Source: Eledone cirrhosa | Taxonomy: Eukaryota | Assembly: GCA_964016885.1 (NCBI GenBank) | Contig: OZ024744.1 | Location: 88,288,001 to 88,352,000 of the forward strand | Reading direction: 5' to 3' | DNA length: 64,000 bases | Part shown: piece after piece, positions 13,195 through 25,944 of the stretch | How positions within the stretch are numbered: position 1 is the stretch's first letter | Layout of the letters: each line of letters begins with the position of its first letter | Program-made: the position numbers and the translations under genes | Notes under the pieces: generated by a model | Seen by the model: only the letters and a program-made list of their open reading frames with translations | Told to the model about the DNA's origin: nothing | Database searches by the model: none

Positions 13195-16100
13195 TTACAG
13201 GAGCATACTCAGAGCGGGCCCGTTACTCTGACCAGACTCGCCACTTTCACCCACCTTTCAACAAACTTACTTAAGACAGCACTTGCCTTTCCACCCTGAT
13301 TTCATCTTCAAGTGAAACTTGAAAAAGTTAATCAGGGATTGGCCGAAGAGGAAATTGTCTGTCTTTAACCCTTTCAACCTTGATGGCGGGGCTATCTGCA
13401 CAACGGAATCGGCCAATAACTGAATCCGTCTTACACGCGACAGCAAATGTTCGACATAGCTCCACAAGTTAGCAATGCTCGGGCACTGAACGAGTGCGTG
13501 CAGGACGGTTTCGTCGTCCTGCGCGCATCTCGGACAGGCTCGGCTGACAGCACCTCCGTGCCTGTAGAACTTATACCGAACCGGCAGCGCTTCCCGGTAG
13601 CACTGCCAGACCAGGGATGTCTGGAAATTGTAATAGGGTCCGGTCTGAAAGTTCTCTTGAAGAGAGCGAACAGCGGATCGCCTTCGACGCCCAGGGTCTC
13701 TCCAAGATCATCGTCGCTTTTTCCGTCAACAAGCCCTCTATAGAACGCCGAGGTTGATGTTCCACCGATACTAGAAGGTGCTCCATTTTGGTCAGAGTTG
13801 GGCGGGGTCAAAGTGCGACGGTTAGGCGGTAGTAGATGACGGACGCGATGTACGCATTTGCCACCTCCCCCGACCTTTCAGGGACAGCTTCCTCTCGGCC
13901 CATTTCTGAGTGAGAGAAGCCACCCTGCTCGTCACCTTGCTCCAGATTTTCTCTATCTGGAGGCCCGGACCGAACCAGACCCCGAACAATTTAACCAGTC
14001 CTTCCGTCCAGCGCCCCACGACCATGTCGGACAGCATGGAGTTGCCTCTCCAGGTGCCGAGTTGCAAACCCACCGACTTCTCCTGGTTTATTGTTGCTCC
14101 TGTCACCGCTTCGTATTCCTTGAGAGCGGTGCCGAGCATCTGGACGTGTTTGGTGCTCGACACCAGCAAGGTGACGTCGTCGGAGTATGATGACACGGAT
14201 CTCCCGCATCCCAGTTCGCGTGTGACGCCCCCCACATCGTCTCCAATTTGTGCAGTAACGGCTCGAGGGCCAGTAAGTACAAGAGGGACGATAGGGTCAA
14301 CCCTGGCGTACCGAGCGCATGATGCTGAAAGGCTGCGACAGGTGACCATTCACCTTCACAACCGAGCAGATGTCGCTGTGCATCGCAGCGATCCAGCCCC
14401 TAAAAACGGGCCCGAAGCCGGCCGCCTCGAGGACCTCATTCAGGTACCGATGCTCGACCCTATCAAATACTTTAGATTGATCCAAGTTGATCAGGGACCT
14501 ACCAGTGCCAAGTTCATTAACCACCCTCACTATGATGTATCGCATGCGATCGAAGTTGTCATGGATGGATCTGTCCGGAATATCTGCGCCTCTCCCACCA
14601 GATCATCGACGACAAGCACCAATCTCTTTGCTAACGCCTTGTCCAAAATCTTAAACTCTGCGTTTAGCAGAGTTATGGGCCTGAAGTTGTCTATAACGTC
14701 TCCCTTGTTCGGATCTTTTCTCAGCAGCGCCACTGCTCCCCGGATCACAAAACTGGCAATGCTTGCGTTCTGCTGCCAGTTGCAGTAGACATCTGCCAAG
14801 AGGTCGCCGAACAAGTCTGGCATATACGCTTAAAGCTCGTGGGGCAGACCATCCAAACCTGGCGATTACCCCTCGTGCAGTTAGACATAGCTTCCCGTAT
14901 TTCACCTGCTGTTATCAGCTTTTCACAGCACTGCGCTTCGGTCGTCGAGAGCCGCGCCAGTCCGTCGACGTATGCACCGGAGTCCATACTCCGAGCCGGG
15001 CCGCCGCTGCGCCCGAACAATTGAGCAAACTACTGTTGAAGAGCGGCACACATCTGCTTAGGTTCGAGTAACATGCGCCCGTTTTGATCAGGCAAAGACC
15101 GAACTGTGGACTTGTTGTCTCGTCGCGCCTCCACCACCCGGGCCCATTGGACAGCTTTTGTCCCCTCCTGTCTAAGAACACGCGCTCTAGCTCTGACAAT
15201 GCACTCTTCGTGCTTTGAAGAATTGGTCGAATGCCACTCTTGCCGCAAGCACGACGGTTGCGATGCCTGTCCTAAACGCCACTTTTAGCTTTCTAACTAG
15301 CTCTCCTTCTACTCTATTTACCCCTATCTTTACTCCTTTGCGAAACCTTATTGATTCTACACTAATTGCTCTTTTCAGGGTAAACCACCACCTGTTGTTG
15401 ACGATCGCACCGTCAACGCATGCTTAACTAATTCGCTTATCCAGTCTCTAGATTCATTGCGCGCCGGGAAAGACGCGTTCACCTCCCAGGAACCGGGTCC
15501 TTGCCTATGAAGTCTATCTAAGTCGACTTCACAGATCACAAATGTGTTGTCCGAGTAGCCGACTACTTTAAATTGTGGACAACCTACAATAACCTTATCT
15601 ATTTCCCTACACAATACCCTATCTAGATACGATCTGGATGACCCGATGCGGTTTGCCCATGTCCATATTGGCACATTCGGATAATCCAGTCTATACCTGT
15701 CAGACAGATCAAAAGGTTTGAGCCGGTTGGTGAGGCTTTTACATACTCCTCCCTTATTTACTAGCCCCACATAATCCCAGCGTGCATCTAAGATACCATT
15801 CCAGTCACCCACTAACACTAAAGAGCGGGATGTTCCAAGGTAGGTTTCTAAAACTCTGAAGAAATATGACCGTCCTGCCTCTGTCGGGGCGTAGACTGCT
15901 ACTAGCCTGAAAGTATTGCCTTCGACGCCTGTCACGTCCAGTACCACCGACTTACCTTCTGGGTCCAGGAAGATGGCCCGTATGGCGTGTTCCAAGCCTA
16001 TCTGAAAAAGCACAGCACTCCGCCCCCCACTCCCGGACGGCTGGGAGGTGCGTATTCATCGTAGCCGCCGAGAATCGGTGCTAAGTCTTGTGCTTCGGCG

Positions 16101-16225
16101 ATTCTGGTCTCGCTGATGACCACCACACCGATGTTTAGTGACCTGAGATCGTTAAGCTGGTGGCCCTGCTTCCAAGATGACCCCAGGCCAAGTACATGTA
16201 TACTGCCTATTCTAAGGAAGGCCAT
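13195..16225 (-). pseudogene. L1 ORF2 (APE-RT-zinc finger), disrupted
   Basis: MAFLRIGSIHV; VYAP, GDWN, SYLDR; FRPITLLNAEFKIL; RSVRQG; SSYSDD; LFGVWF. Confidence 0.9.
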
Positions 16226-16257
16226 GCTGGGTGAGGAATGGAGTAAGTGAGAAAGGA

Positions 16258-17789
16258 TCACCTACTCTGATCGTGTGGGAAAGGGACAGCTGAACCGTCC
16301 CTTTGGATGGTCATGGGTGTCTCCTAGATGATGTCGGTGTATATCCTTTTGGTAACTGACCCCCTGAAGTATCCAACTGCGTTGGGGAATTTTTCTTTTA
16401 AATGTTTATAATGTTCTATTTCAATTTCAATAATGTTTATATTTTTCGGGAGAGTACTTGGTATTGGTGGGGTGTAGTAGTTTTTTCTGTGATGTCTGTG
16501 CTGCTTTATATCTTCTAAAAGTTCTTTATTTGCCATGTTTATGGCTGAGTTTTTTTGTGTGTGTGTGTGAGTGAGGGGGGGGGTTGCTGTCTTCTTGTTG
16601 CTGCTGTTGGGTATATTTGTCTTCTTGTGTTTGCGATGTTGATGTTTGTGGTGATGCTGGTGTTGGTGGTGATGCTGATGGCGTTGCTATGAGTCACCTT
16701 GCAGCCTTTACCCTTCTTTGTTTGCCTTCGCTTTTGGAGGGTGAAGTAAGGGTTTTTTTCCTTTTTGTTTTTTGTGGCAGACCGTTTGCCACTTCACTCC
16801 AGCCTCAGACTCCATGTCGGATTCCGTGGCGTCTGGGAGGAGTATGTGCTCCACGGCTGTTGGTGGTGGTAGTGTGGAGCCCTCTCCGGCGATTTTGTTG
16901 CTGGTGCAGCTACTGCAAATGTAGTTGCTGGTGTTGCCGCCACTGATGCTGCTGCTTTAGTTGTCCGTGGCCTTGGTACAGGTGCCACGGACGTTGCCCT
17001 TCTACTCATCGTGGAAGGAACTTCTGCGTTTTTTGCCTGTCCTGCTCTTGGTAGCTGCGGACAAGGTATTGGAAGGAGGGGAGGCTTCTTTTTCGCTGTC
17101 TTCTGCGGGCAAAAGGCTCTGAGGTGATCCTTTGACCCACAGAGATAACATTTTGGCCGTCTTCCTTCCGCGCTTATAGGGAGATGGAGTCCTTTGTCGA
17201 GGTCTATGATATCAGGGATAGCGTCGATACACTCCTGGTCAGTTTGTATTAGCATTTGCATGCCTATACCTGACCAGTTCTCTCTCCCTATTTTCTCTTC
17301 TTGCAGCATGGTCGTCCTGTTCTCGATTCCAACCAGGACAGGCGTGGTCAGCCAAGTTATGGGCACGTCGGGTGGGACCTGGTTCACTTTGACCCTGACA
17401 ATTTTCTGCCCGCAGTAGGAAGGCACCAAGAATATCTCCTCACTCTTTAGTGTTTCCAGAGAGGGAGATTTCGCCTATTGGCGGGTGGAGAAAAGTACGT
17501 CTACTGTGACGTACCTTTTGCCTCGGGTAATGTGGGTTTTGCCCGCCCAGACGCACCCCAAAGCCTTTTGTATTCGAGCCTCCGTGGCCCTCTCCATCCG
17601 ATGTAACATTTTACTTACGGTGCGGTAAGTCACCGTGCGCAGCTGCTGGTTTTTGAAGAAATAGGGTGGTGGTTTCAGGGAAACGCTATTGTCATTTCTC
17701 GACACCATGGCTCTTGCGACTGCCATCTCCTTCTCCGTGACTAACACTGTCTCTATATTTCAGTGACTATATAAACGTGACTCAGCCAT
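16258..17789 (-). pseudogene. L1 ORF1, disrupted
   Basis: ITRGKRYVTVDVLF; CYLCGSKDHLRAFC (CCHC); KFPNAVGYFRG. Confidence 0.85.
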
Positions 17790-17999
17790 GTTTTTTTTCT
17801 TATTATTTTTAAAAGTAAAATGTTCAAATATTGTTCCAATATTTGGGCCAAAAGGCCCAAATATTATACCTTCCCCTTCACAGGGCAAAGTCCAAGGGCT
17901 TATATCCCTCACACAACAAGAAAAATTAAATAACAAATAATTATAACAGGTAAATAAAGCGACTTACTGGGAGCGAGCAAAAAGACCTCCGAATTGACC

Positions 18000-18180
18000 A
18001 ATAATAATAATAATAATTGTTTCTACTTTTGGCACAAGGCCAGCATTACTGGTACTTTATTTTATCGACTCCGTAAGGATGAAAGTCAAAGTTAACCTCA
18101 GGGGATTTGAACTCAGATCATAAAGGGTCGTAACTCTATGCTGCAAAGCATGTCGTCCGACCCTCTACCGATACTGCCAA
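18000..18180 (-). mobile_element. tRNA-derived SINE, at the head of the left array
   Basis: A-box-like tggcagtatcggta, B-box GAGTTCAAATCC, central gactttcatccttacggagtcgataaaataaagtacc (resembles the MetaSINE domain as I recall it), (ATT)n tail. Confidence 0.9.
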
Positions 18181-18619
18181 TATATATAATATCTGTGTGT
18201 GGGTGTATGTGTGTTTGGTTCGGCGTCCATTTTAACATCTAGTACTTGTTTATGACCCGTAATTTAGCCTTCAGATTTGAAAATAAAAGATAATAATGTA
18301 CTCGATGTCGATATGATTGACTAAATCCCTTCATTGTCGCCGTCTAATGGCTGAAACTAGTGAAAGAATAAATATATATATGTATATATTCTTTGGGTTT
18401 AATGAACGGGAGAAATTTTCTCTAGCTTCATCCAATACCTATTAACTTTATGTATTCTTTTCTAATCGCACTAATTCTTTCTAGCATATTTTGCTGATTT
18501 GAGAGCTTCAATATATCAACCTGCTAGGAAAAAATAAAAATAAATGGGCATGGAAGGAACATTTTTGAACATACGCGTATCATTTTTGTAAATATGACAA
18601 CAGTTTATGATACTATTGT

Positions 18620-19050
18620 TGTTGTTGTTTAGCCCCATATCGACCAACCCCGGCGGACGGAATGGAGAAGGCGTTTCCCCGGAGGACGGCAAGAGAGACG
18701 CGCTGGAAAATCCACACCAACTCGCGGGGCTCACACCTGCGGCTGGCCAGCTCAGCGCCTATGGTGAGGAGAAGGGAGGTGCCCTGGGGCTGGGGACACC
18801 AGAAGTTTCCACTGCCAGGGGTACAACCGCAAACCTGTCGGAGAGCGACCGGTATTTGAGGAGTTTGGCCTCCTCAGCCCGACGCGCAGCAGAACCTGGG
18901 TCAGTCGCAGACCGCACCTGGTTGCGGCTGCAGAAATTGTTGGTGCAAGTGACATTCCAGACGAGGGGTTTGCCACCGCGGAACGGGAAGATGGTCATGC
19001 CATCTGGCCTTTTGCCGTGGCCTCAATCCAGCCCCACCGGCTCGAGCTGG
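18620..19050 (-). mobile_element. CRE-like RLE non-LTR retrotransposon 3' fragment
   Basis: LEPVGLD..GKRPDGMTIFPFRGGKPLVWNVTC...AEEAKLLKY...VPLAVETSG: PD-(D/E)xK restriction-like endonuclease of CRE type. Confidence 0.75.
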
Positions 19051-19188
19051 AAAGGAAAGCCTGCAAAACTGAAATTAGAAAATAGGAACTTTTGCCGTAT
19101 ATTTTTACTAAAGAAATTTTTAAAATACGGCGATAGCTTCTATTTTCAAATTTCAAACTCGCTCACTGTTTCAAAACATACTTACTTG

Positions 19189-19502
19189 TAATAATTGTTT
19201 CTACTTTTGGCACAAGGCCAGCAAAATCCAGTTCATTACTGGTACTTTATTTTATCGACCTGGTAAGGATGAAAGGCAAAGTTAACCTCGATGGGATTTG
19301 AACTTACTTGTAATAATTGTTTCTACGTTAGGCACAAGGCCAGCAATTACCCAGTGTATTACTGGTACTTTATTTTATCGACCCCGTAAGGATGAAAGAC
19401 AAAGTTAACCTCGGCGGGATTTGAACTCAGAATGGCAAGGGCCGTAACTCTATGCTGGAAAGCATGGCGTCCGACCCTCTACCAATACTGCCAATCCACC
19501 GG
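19189..19502 (-). mobile_element. two tandem SINE copies
   Basis: Same SINE family; cttgtaataat recurs at about 19186, 19307 and 19503. Confidence 0.88.
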
Positions 19503-19559
19503 CTTGTAATAATGGTATTGTTTTACCATCACACATTCCCGTGATTAACATTCTAATTA

Positions 19560-21514
19560 TTCTTTTTACAAATCTGTCTCTACCTTTCTCTCCTTCTTTC
19601 TTTCGCTCTCTTTCTCCAAATTGTTTCCTCACTTTCTTTTCTTCCATTTCTCCCCTTTGTTTCTCTCTCTTTTTCTCTCTGTATTTCTTCTCTATCTCTC
19701 TCTCTCTTTCATTCGTCCTCCTTTTCTCTCCTTACTTACTCTCTCTCTGCTGCCCCCTCTCTCTCTCTTTCACTTTCTCTCTCTCTCTCTCGCTCATTCT
19801 CACCATCATTCTCTCTCTCTCTCTCACTCTGCCTCTTATTCTATTTCTTTTCTTGACTTCCTCTATTTTTTTATATTATATTATATATATATATATATAT
19901 CCCCCACGCCACACCCTTTCACTTCTATCTGTTTCTGTTTTTGTTTTTGTTCTTCATTTTTTTCTTTCGCTATATTCATGGAAGACACCGACCGCCCTAT
20001 GTCCATGTCCGTCCGCGTCTATTTGTTCAAGCTATTCCACCTTATCATACATTCTAACCCTTACTCCTAGTGTCTATTCGGCAGACGTCACTAAACGTCA
20101 TCAATGTGGTTTTGTGGTAAATAGATGCATAGAAGCGTACATTGGTTAGCCTTGTGATATCAAGGGCCATTTTATTTTTATTTTTATTTTTATTTTTATT
20201 TTTATTTTTATTTTTATTTTTCATTTTATTTTTCATTTTATTTTTATTTATAATTTTATTTATATTTTTATTTTTAATACTTTTATTTATCTTTTTATTT
20301 TCATTTTCATTTTCATTTTCATTTTCATTTTCTTTTTCATTTTCTTTTTCTTTTTCTTTTTCATTTTCTTTTTCTTTTTCTTTTTCGTTTCTTTTTATTT
20401 TTAATTTTTTTATTTATTTTTATTTTTATTTTTATTTTTATTTTTATTTTTATTTTTATTTTTATTTTTATTTTTATTTTTATTTTTATTTTTATTTTTA
20501 TTTTTATTTTTATTTTTATTTTTATTTTTATTTTTATTTTTATTTTTATTTTTATTTTTATTTTTATTTTTATTTTTATTTTTATTTTTATTTTTATTTT
20601 TATTTTTATTTTTATTTTTATTCCTTTTTAGACCTTGGCCATTCACATTTTACGGTTGAAGTAACGCTAACCAGGCGGAATAAAAAATAACTCCCACTGC
20701 ATTTATTCTCATCGTCATCGTTAAAGTCGTCTCCGTCATCGTTGTCGTTGTCTCCTCGTTATCTTGTCATCGTTGTTATCATTGTGGTGATGGTGAGGGG
20801 GTAGTGGCAGTGGTGGTGAGGGTGAGGGGTAGTGGCAGTGGTGGTGACGGTGAGGGGTCGGGGTGCCTTGTTGGTGTTTTTGTTGTTGTTGTTGTTGTTG
20901 TTGTTGGAGGTGGTGGTGATGGTAGTGGTTTTGGTGGCGGTGTTGGGGGGGGGGGTCGCTGGTAGTTTTGTTGTTGCTGTTGTTGTTGGCGGAGGAGTGA
21001 TGGTGATGGTAGTGGTTTTGGTGGGGAGGGGGCGGTCGCTGGTAGATTTGTTGTTGTTGTTGGCGGTGGTGGGGATGGTAGTGGTTTTGGTGTGTGTGTA
21101 GGGGGTGGGGTAGTTGGTAGTTGTGTTGTTGGTGTTGGAGGTGGTGGTGGTGGTGGTGGTGGTGGTTATGATTTTGGTTGTTGTTGTTGAGGTGGTCGTG
21201 GTGGTGGTAGTGGTGGTAGTGGTGGTGGTGATTGTGGTTGTTGTTGTTGTTGTTGTGGTGGTGGTGGTGGTGTTGGTGGTGATTGTGGGTGTTGTTGTTG
21301 TTGTTGTGGTGATGGTTGCCGCAATACAAGAAGTACAAGGCAGCAATTCAATAAGAAGTAACAAGAATGGCTTCAACTACAAATGAATCGAGATTTTTAA
21401 CTTCTGGGCTTCTAGGAACAATTTACATTTCTAGCTATATTACTATTTATATATGATATGTGGCACCACGTCTAAAAGGTTGCTTTCGTTTGAATCTTCT
21501 CATCTTAATCGACT

Positions 21515-21591
<77 letters not shown>

Positions 21592-21664
21592 ATGGCAGCA
21601 ATAGTAGCAGCAGCAGCAGCAGCAACGGCAGTAGTAGTAGTACTAATACTACAAGTAGTAGTAG

Positions 21665-21695
<31 letters not shown>

Positions 21696-21824
21696 GCTAC
21701 TAGTAGTAGTAGTAGTAGTAGTAGTAGTAGCAGTAACAGCAGCAGCAGCAGCAATAGTAGCAATAACAGCAGCAACAGTAGTAGTAGTAGTAGTAATAGT
21801 AGTAGTAGTAGTAGTAGTAGTAGC

Positions 21825-21880
<56 letters not shown>

Positions 21881-21960
21881 AAGAAGAAGAAGAAGAAGCA
21901 GCAGCAGCAGCAGCAGAAGTAGTAGTAGTAGTAGTAGTATTAGCAGCAGCAGCAGTAGTA
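19560..21960. repeat. compound simple-repeat block: (CT)n, (TTTTTA)n, (TTTTCA)n, (GGT/GTT)n, (TAG/CAG)n
   Basis: Directly visible. Confidence 0.95.
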
Positions 21961-22410
21961 CACCGTTTTATATTTGTTTTGCCTTGTTCTCATCTACCTC
22001 CCCTTCTCCCTTTCTCTTCCATTCATCTTCTCCTTCCTCTTCTTGTTTTCCTACGGTGTAAACTGTTTAGAGGGTTCAATATTGCATGTTGTGGGATTAT
22101 TGTTGTACACAAACAACTGCCACCCTTTCTACGTTCACTTCCTCTTCCGCGGTCACCAATATCACATTCAGGAAAGCAATCACCAGCGTCAAAATCAGCG
22201 TACCTGTCACCAGCGCCATCCGTCCACAAAATAAAAATATAACCACCGAACAAATTTCATCAGTGAATATATCGATGCGCGGTGAAGTTTCAACACCTTA
22301 AGCCAACCTGACCGTATACCATTAATATTTGTAGTGGTGAGAACTGAAGAAATTGTATCTGAGGATTACATAATGTATACCATCGAAATGTGTATAACAG
22401 CGATTTAGTA

Positions 22411-22519
22411 TTATAGACAGTATTTTCTGAAGATAAAACATTTGCCTATAGTACGAAGGTGGATGATTATAATTAATTGGCAGTTGCCACTGCTAATTAT
22501 ATATATATATATATATATC

Positions 22520-22561
<42 letters not shown>

Positions 22562-22854
22562 GCACAATATATAAAAAAATGGAAACTATATTTATAAAAC
22601 CATATTTAATTCATTATACATATTTCAAGGGCCACCAGAGCAAACTATGTTGCACTTTCATCATTTTATCTGATGAAAGCGCACCATAGTTTGCTCTGGT
22701 GGCCCTTGAAATATGTATAATGAAATAAATATGGTTTTATAAATATAGTTTCCATTTGTTAATATATTGTATTTTTACTCCAATAATTTGTTGAGTGCTT
22801 TATATCAGTTATAAAAATATTTAGCTTGTTGTATCCCAACAAATTAAATATAAC

Positions 22855-22895
<41 letters not shown>

Positions 22896-22980
22896 GCAGT
22901 GGCTACTGCCAATTAATTATAATCATCCACCTTCGTACTATAGGCAAATGCTTTATCTTCAGCAAATACTGTTTATATAT
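22411..22980. mobile_element. Penelope-like terminal repeats arranged as nested inverted repeats
   Basis: 22411-22500 is the reverse complement of about 22890-22978; 22565-22663 is the reverse complement of 22671-22770; hammerhead cores; (TA)n flanks. Confidence 0.65.
22663..22726 (+). ncRNA. putative minimal type I hammerhead ribozyme
   Basis: attttat-CTGATGA-stem II (aag..acca/tggt..ctt)-GAAA-tatgt-ATA-atgaaat. Confidence 0.5.
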
Positions 22981-22997
22981 ATATATATATATATATA

Positions 22998-23187
22998 CAT
23001 AATTGTTTCTACTTTAGGCACAAGGCCAGCAATTACCCAGTGCATTACTGGTACTTTATTTTATCGACCCCGTAAGGATGAAAGGCAAAGTCAACCTCGG
23101 CGGGATTTGAACTCAGATCGCAAAGGGACGTAACTATGCTAGAAAGCATGGCGTCCGACCCTCTACCGGTACTGCCAATCCACCGCC
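22998..23187 (-). mobile_element. tRNA-derived SINE, near full length
   Basis: A/B boxes, central domain and 3' tail all present. Confidence 0.92.
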
Positions 23188-23751
23188 CTATATATATATA
23201 TATACATAATATATATGTATGTGTGTGGATTAATCAAAACGGAAACAACAAAACATACAACACAGTACAATAAAGAAATATATTCGTTTGACGGTTGTTA
23301 TAGTAGGACGGATTTCGTTACGTTTCAGACACTAGTCATTCACCAGAAGATAGAATAAGAAATAAAAAAAAATGAAATAGAAATATAGGGAGCAAAAAGC
23401 GGAAGGAATGGAAGACTGATTTCAGAGTCACTGATTTTTGGGGAATAGGTACATTAGGTATATGAGGTTTTGAAAGGGAGATAATCATTGTATATTTTGA
23501 GTGGACATTTTTTTGGTCATGCCCTTTTCACTGACAACATACCTAATGATTTTTCCAAGTGCGAAGCATTATATATGCTGACTGAAATAGGGAACAGTAT
23601 TCAAAAAAATCCCCACTGGACAAAACTAATAATATTTTTATCTACATGATCTGCTTTAAACAAACGGTAATAGATATTCTGCTATAATTCCTACTTTAAT
23701 TAAAATTCAGCAATCATATTTCAATGGTCAAATATTGTAACTTTAATAAAA

Positions 23752-23781
23752 TACCCGGGAAGCACCGGGTAGGTCAACTAG
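23752..23781 (+). mobile_element. Helitron 3' terminus
   Basis: Hairpin tacccgg-gaagca-ccgggta, then CTAG followed by T. Confidence 0.75.
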
Positions 23782-23783
23782 TA

Positions 23784-23814
<31 letters not shown>

Positions 23815-23819
<5 letters not shown>

Positions 23820-24000
23820 CAGATTCAGAACCACGAAGGCTGAGCTCCGGCCGTTTCGACAGCTAGATCCGTTGGCGAAACGGCCGGAGCTCAGCCGACG
23901 GGATCCTCAATCTTTTCATATTACCCAGCCTACTACCATAAGTATCGAGTACTCTGGTGGGTTATGATCTACCTGGTATCTTACCACACCCTCTCTGATA
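23815..24000. repeat. palindromic dispersed repeat (inverted homologue at 31465-31650)
   Basis: 21-bp perfect stem ggctgagctccggccgtttcg/cgaaacggccggagctcagcc; its flank matches the reverse complement of 31470-31555. Confidence 0.8.
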
Positions 24001-24254
24001 TGTATATATAATTTGTTACTGGAATTTATAGAAAGACGATATCCTCTGACGATTAGTTTCGCGTCTTCCGTAGCTCTATTAAAATCGATAGTTGGTAACG
24101 GATAATCGATTGCTTTGATCTATTTTTGCTGTGGTTTACAATCTATGAGACGTAGGCCCTAAGAAAACTAATAACTGTTACACCTTCTATTATGTAGCGT
24201 TTTTTAAATATTACATGTGTTATATTTATGTAGAAATTACTATGTGTCTCTCTA

Positions 24255-24644
<390 letters not shown>

Positions 24645-24726
24645 GTTATTCCGGGTTGAATGGGAGGTAACCACAGTAAGTAAGGTACTCAATACATTGC
24701 AGAGTATAAAAGTTTTAATATAGATG

Positions 24727-24777
24727 AGATTCTACAGGACTAGAACTGTTTCATTCTTTAGAAATCATCAGGAATCT
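24727..24777 (-). ncRNA. type I hammerhead ribozyme inside a Penelope-like inverted repeat (24712-24768 / 24796-24851)
   Basis: agattc-CTGATGA-tttctaaagaat-GAAA-cag-ttctagtc-ct-GTA-gaatct: stem I 6 bp, stem III closed, GUA cleavage triplet. Confidence 0.7.
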
Positions 24778-24851
24778 GGGTATCAAAAAATAAGTATGAT
24801 TTCTAAAGAATGAAACAGTTCTAGTCCTGTAGAATCTCATCTATATTAAAA

Positions 24852-24892
<41 letters not shown>

Positions 24893-25149
24893 TTTAATTT
24901 GAATTAGTGATGCTCTGGAAAGCTGAGAAGCATATTCATCATATATATTAGCTGCCACATATTTAACTATGAAATATTCGGAAAATATGGGTATACAATT
25001 CCCTGGAGGAGGCAAAAGTGAGACAGAGTCACCTACGTGAACTGAAGTCGTGTGTGCCATGAAAATATATTATCTGGTTGTTTAACGTACAGAACGCTGT
25101 CACGAGAGGTTTTTCCTCTCAACACTATACATTCATACATGCATACATA

Positions 25150-25580
25150 CATCATACATACATACATGGTGGCTGCCAACTCGTTTTCGAGTACGGCCAC
25201 TACTCTATATCCATGTAGGAGAACCCCTACCGATGCGCTGAACGAGTTTGACTTTTTAGTCCAGCCAGCGACTTGAAAACTCTGGTACAAACACTACACT
25301 TGTGACAATTATTGACACATTGTGCTGGGCCCATGGTACCATGTGACGACAAGTGCAGAGAGATCTCCAGATATAAAGCAATGCCTGTGCCGTGAAGCTT
25401 TTATAGTGAGCAAAGGCACTGCTCAAAGCCAGTCCCACTCTCTTAACCAAGATGATATTTACCAAAAAGAAGAACAAGTCAACATCATTGGATACCATCA
25501 GGGTTGCAGGTGTTATATCAGAGTTTTCCTTCTCCTAGAATTCTGCCTTGACAAAGGCTAAGGGGTCATCTCTCCCGGAC
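25150..25580 (-). mobile_element. non-autonomous RTE-derived element (family 1) with (GTAT)n tail
   Basis: RTE 5'UTR-like motif CTAGGAGAAGGAAAACTCTGA; no ORF; ends ggcagccacc(atgt)n; copies at 26435-26800 and 60255-60558. Confidence 0.6.
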
Positions 25581-25944
25581 ATACATACATACATACATAC
25601 ATACATACATACATACATACATACATACATACATGCATGCATGCATACATACATGCATGCATACATACATACGTACATACATGCATACATACATACGTAT
25701 ATACATATATACATACATATATAAATGCGTACATGTATGTAATGTATCTAGCTATGCTTCTATGCATGTATAAATGTATGTATATATATGCATGTATGCA
25801 TGTGTGTGTGTACGTAACTATGTATGTATGTACGTATGTATGTATGAATGTATGTATGTATGTATGCATGTATGTACGTATGTATGAATGTATGTATGTA
25901 TGTATGTATGTATGTATGTATGAATGTATGTATGTATGATGTAT

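Larger units (their letters stand above)
12921..17999 (-). mobile_element. Tx1/L1-clade LINE copy L1 (both ends present; 3'UTR type B)
   Basis: Starts GGTCAATTCGGAGG directly after a SINE (ATT)n tail; ORF1 about 17789-16258; ORF2 about 16225-13195; ends gtggctaatatagaaaccattatcatt. Confidence 0.93.

Noticed and set aside
19541-22242. 200-260 aa poly-S/V/H/T/F ORFs
   Set aside because: Triplet and hexamer repeats open in several frames and on both strands; no domain signal.
22998-23187. SINE heads as tRNA genes
   Set aside because: A/B boxes present, but they continue into a SINE body and tail with TSDs; no complete cloverleaf seen.
24040-24180. CTGACGA hammerhead candidate (also CTGATGA at 54680 and CTGAAGA at 2381)
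   Set aside because: Could not complete GAAA, stem III and stem I in the right order.
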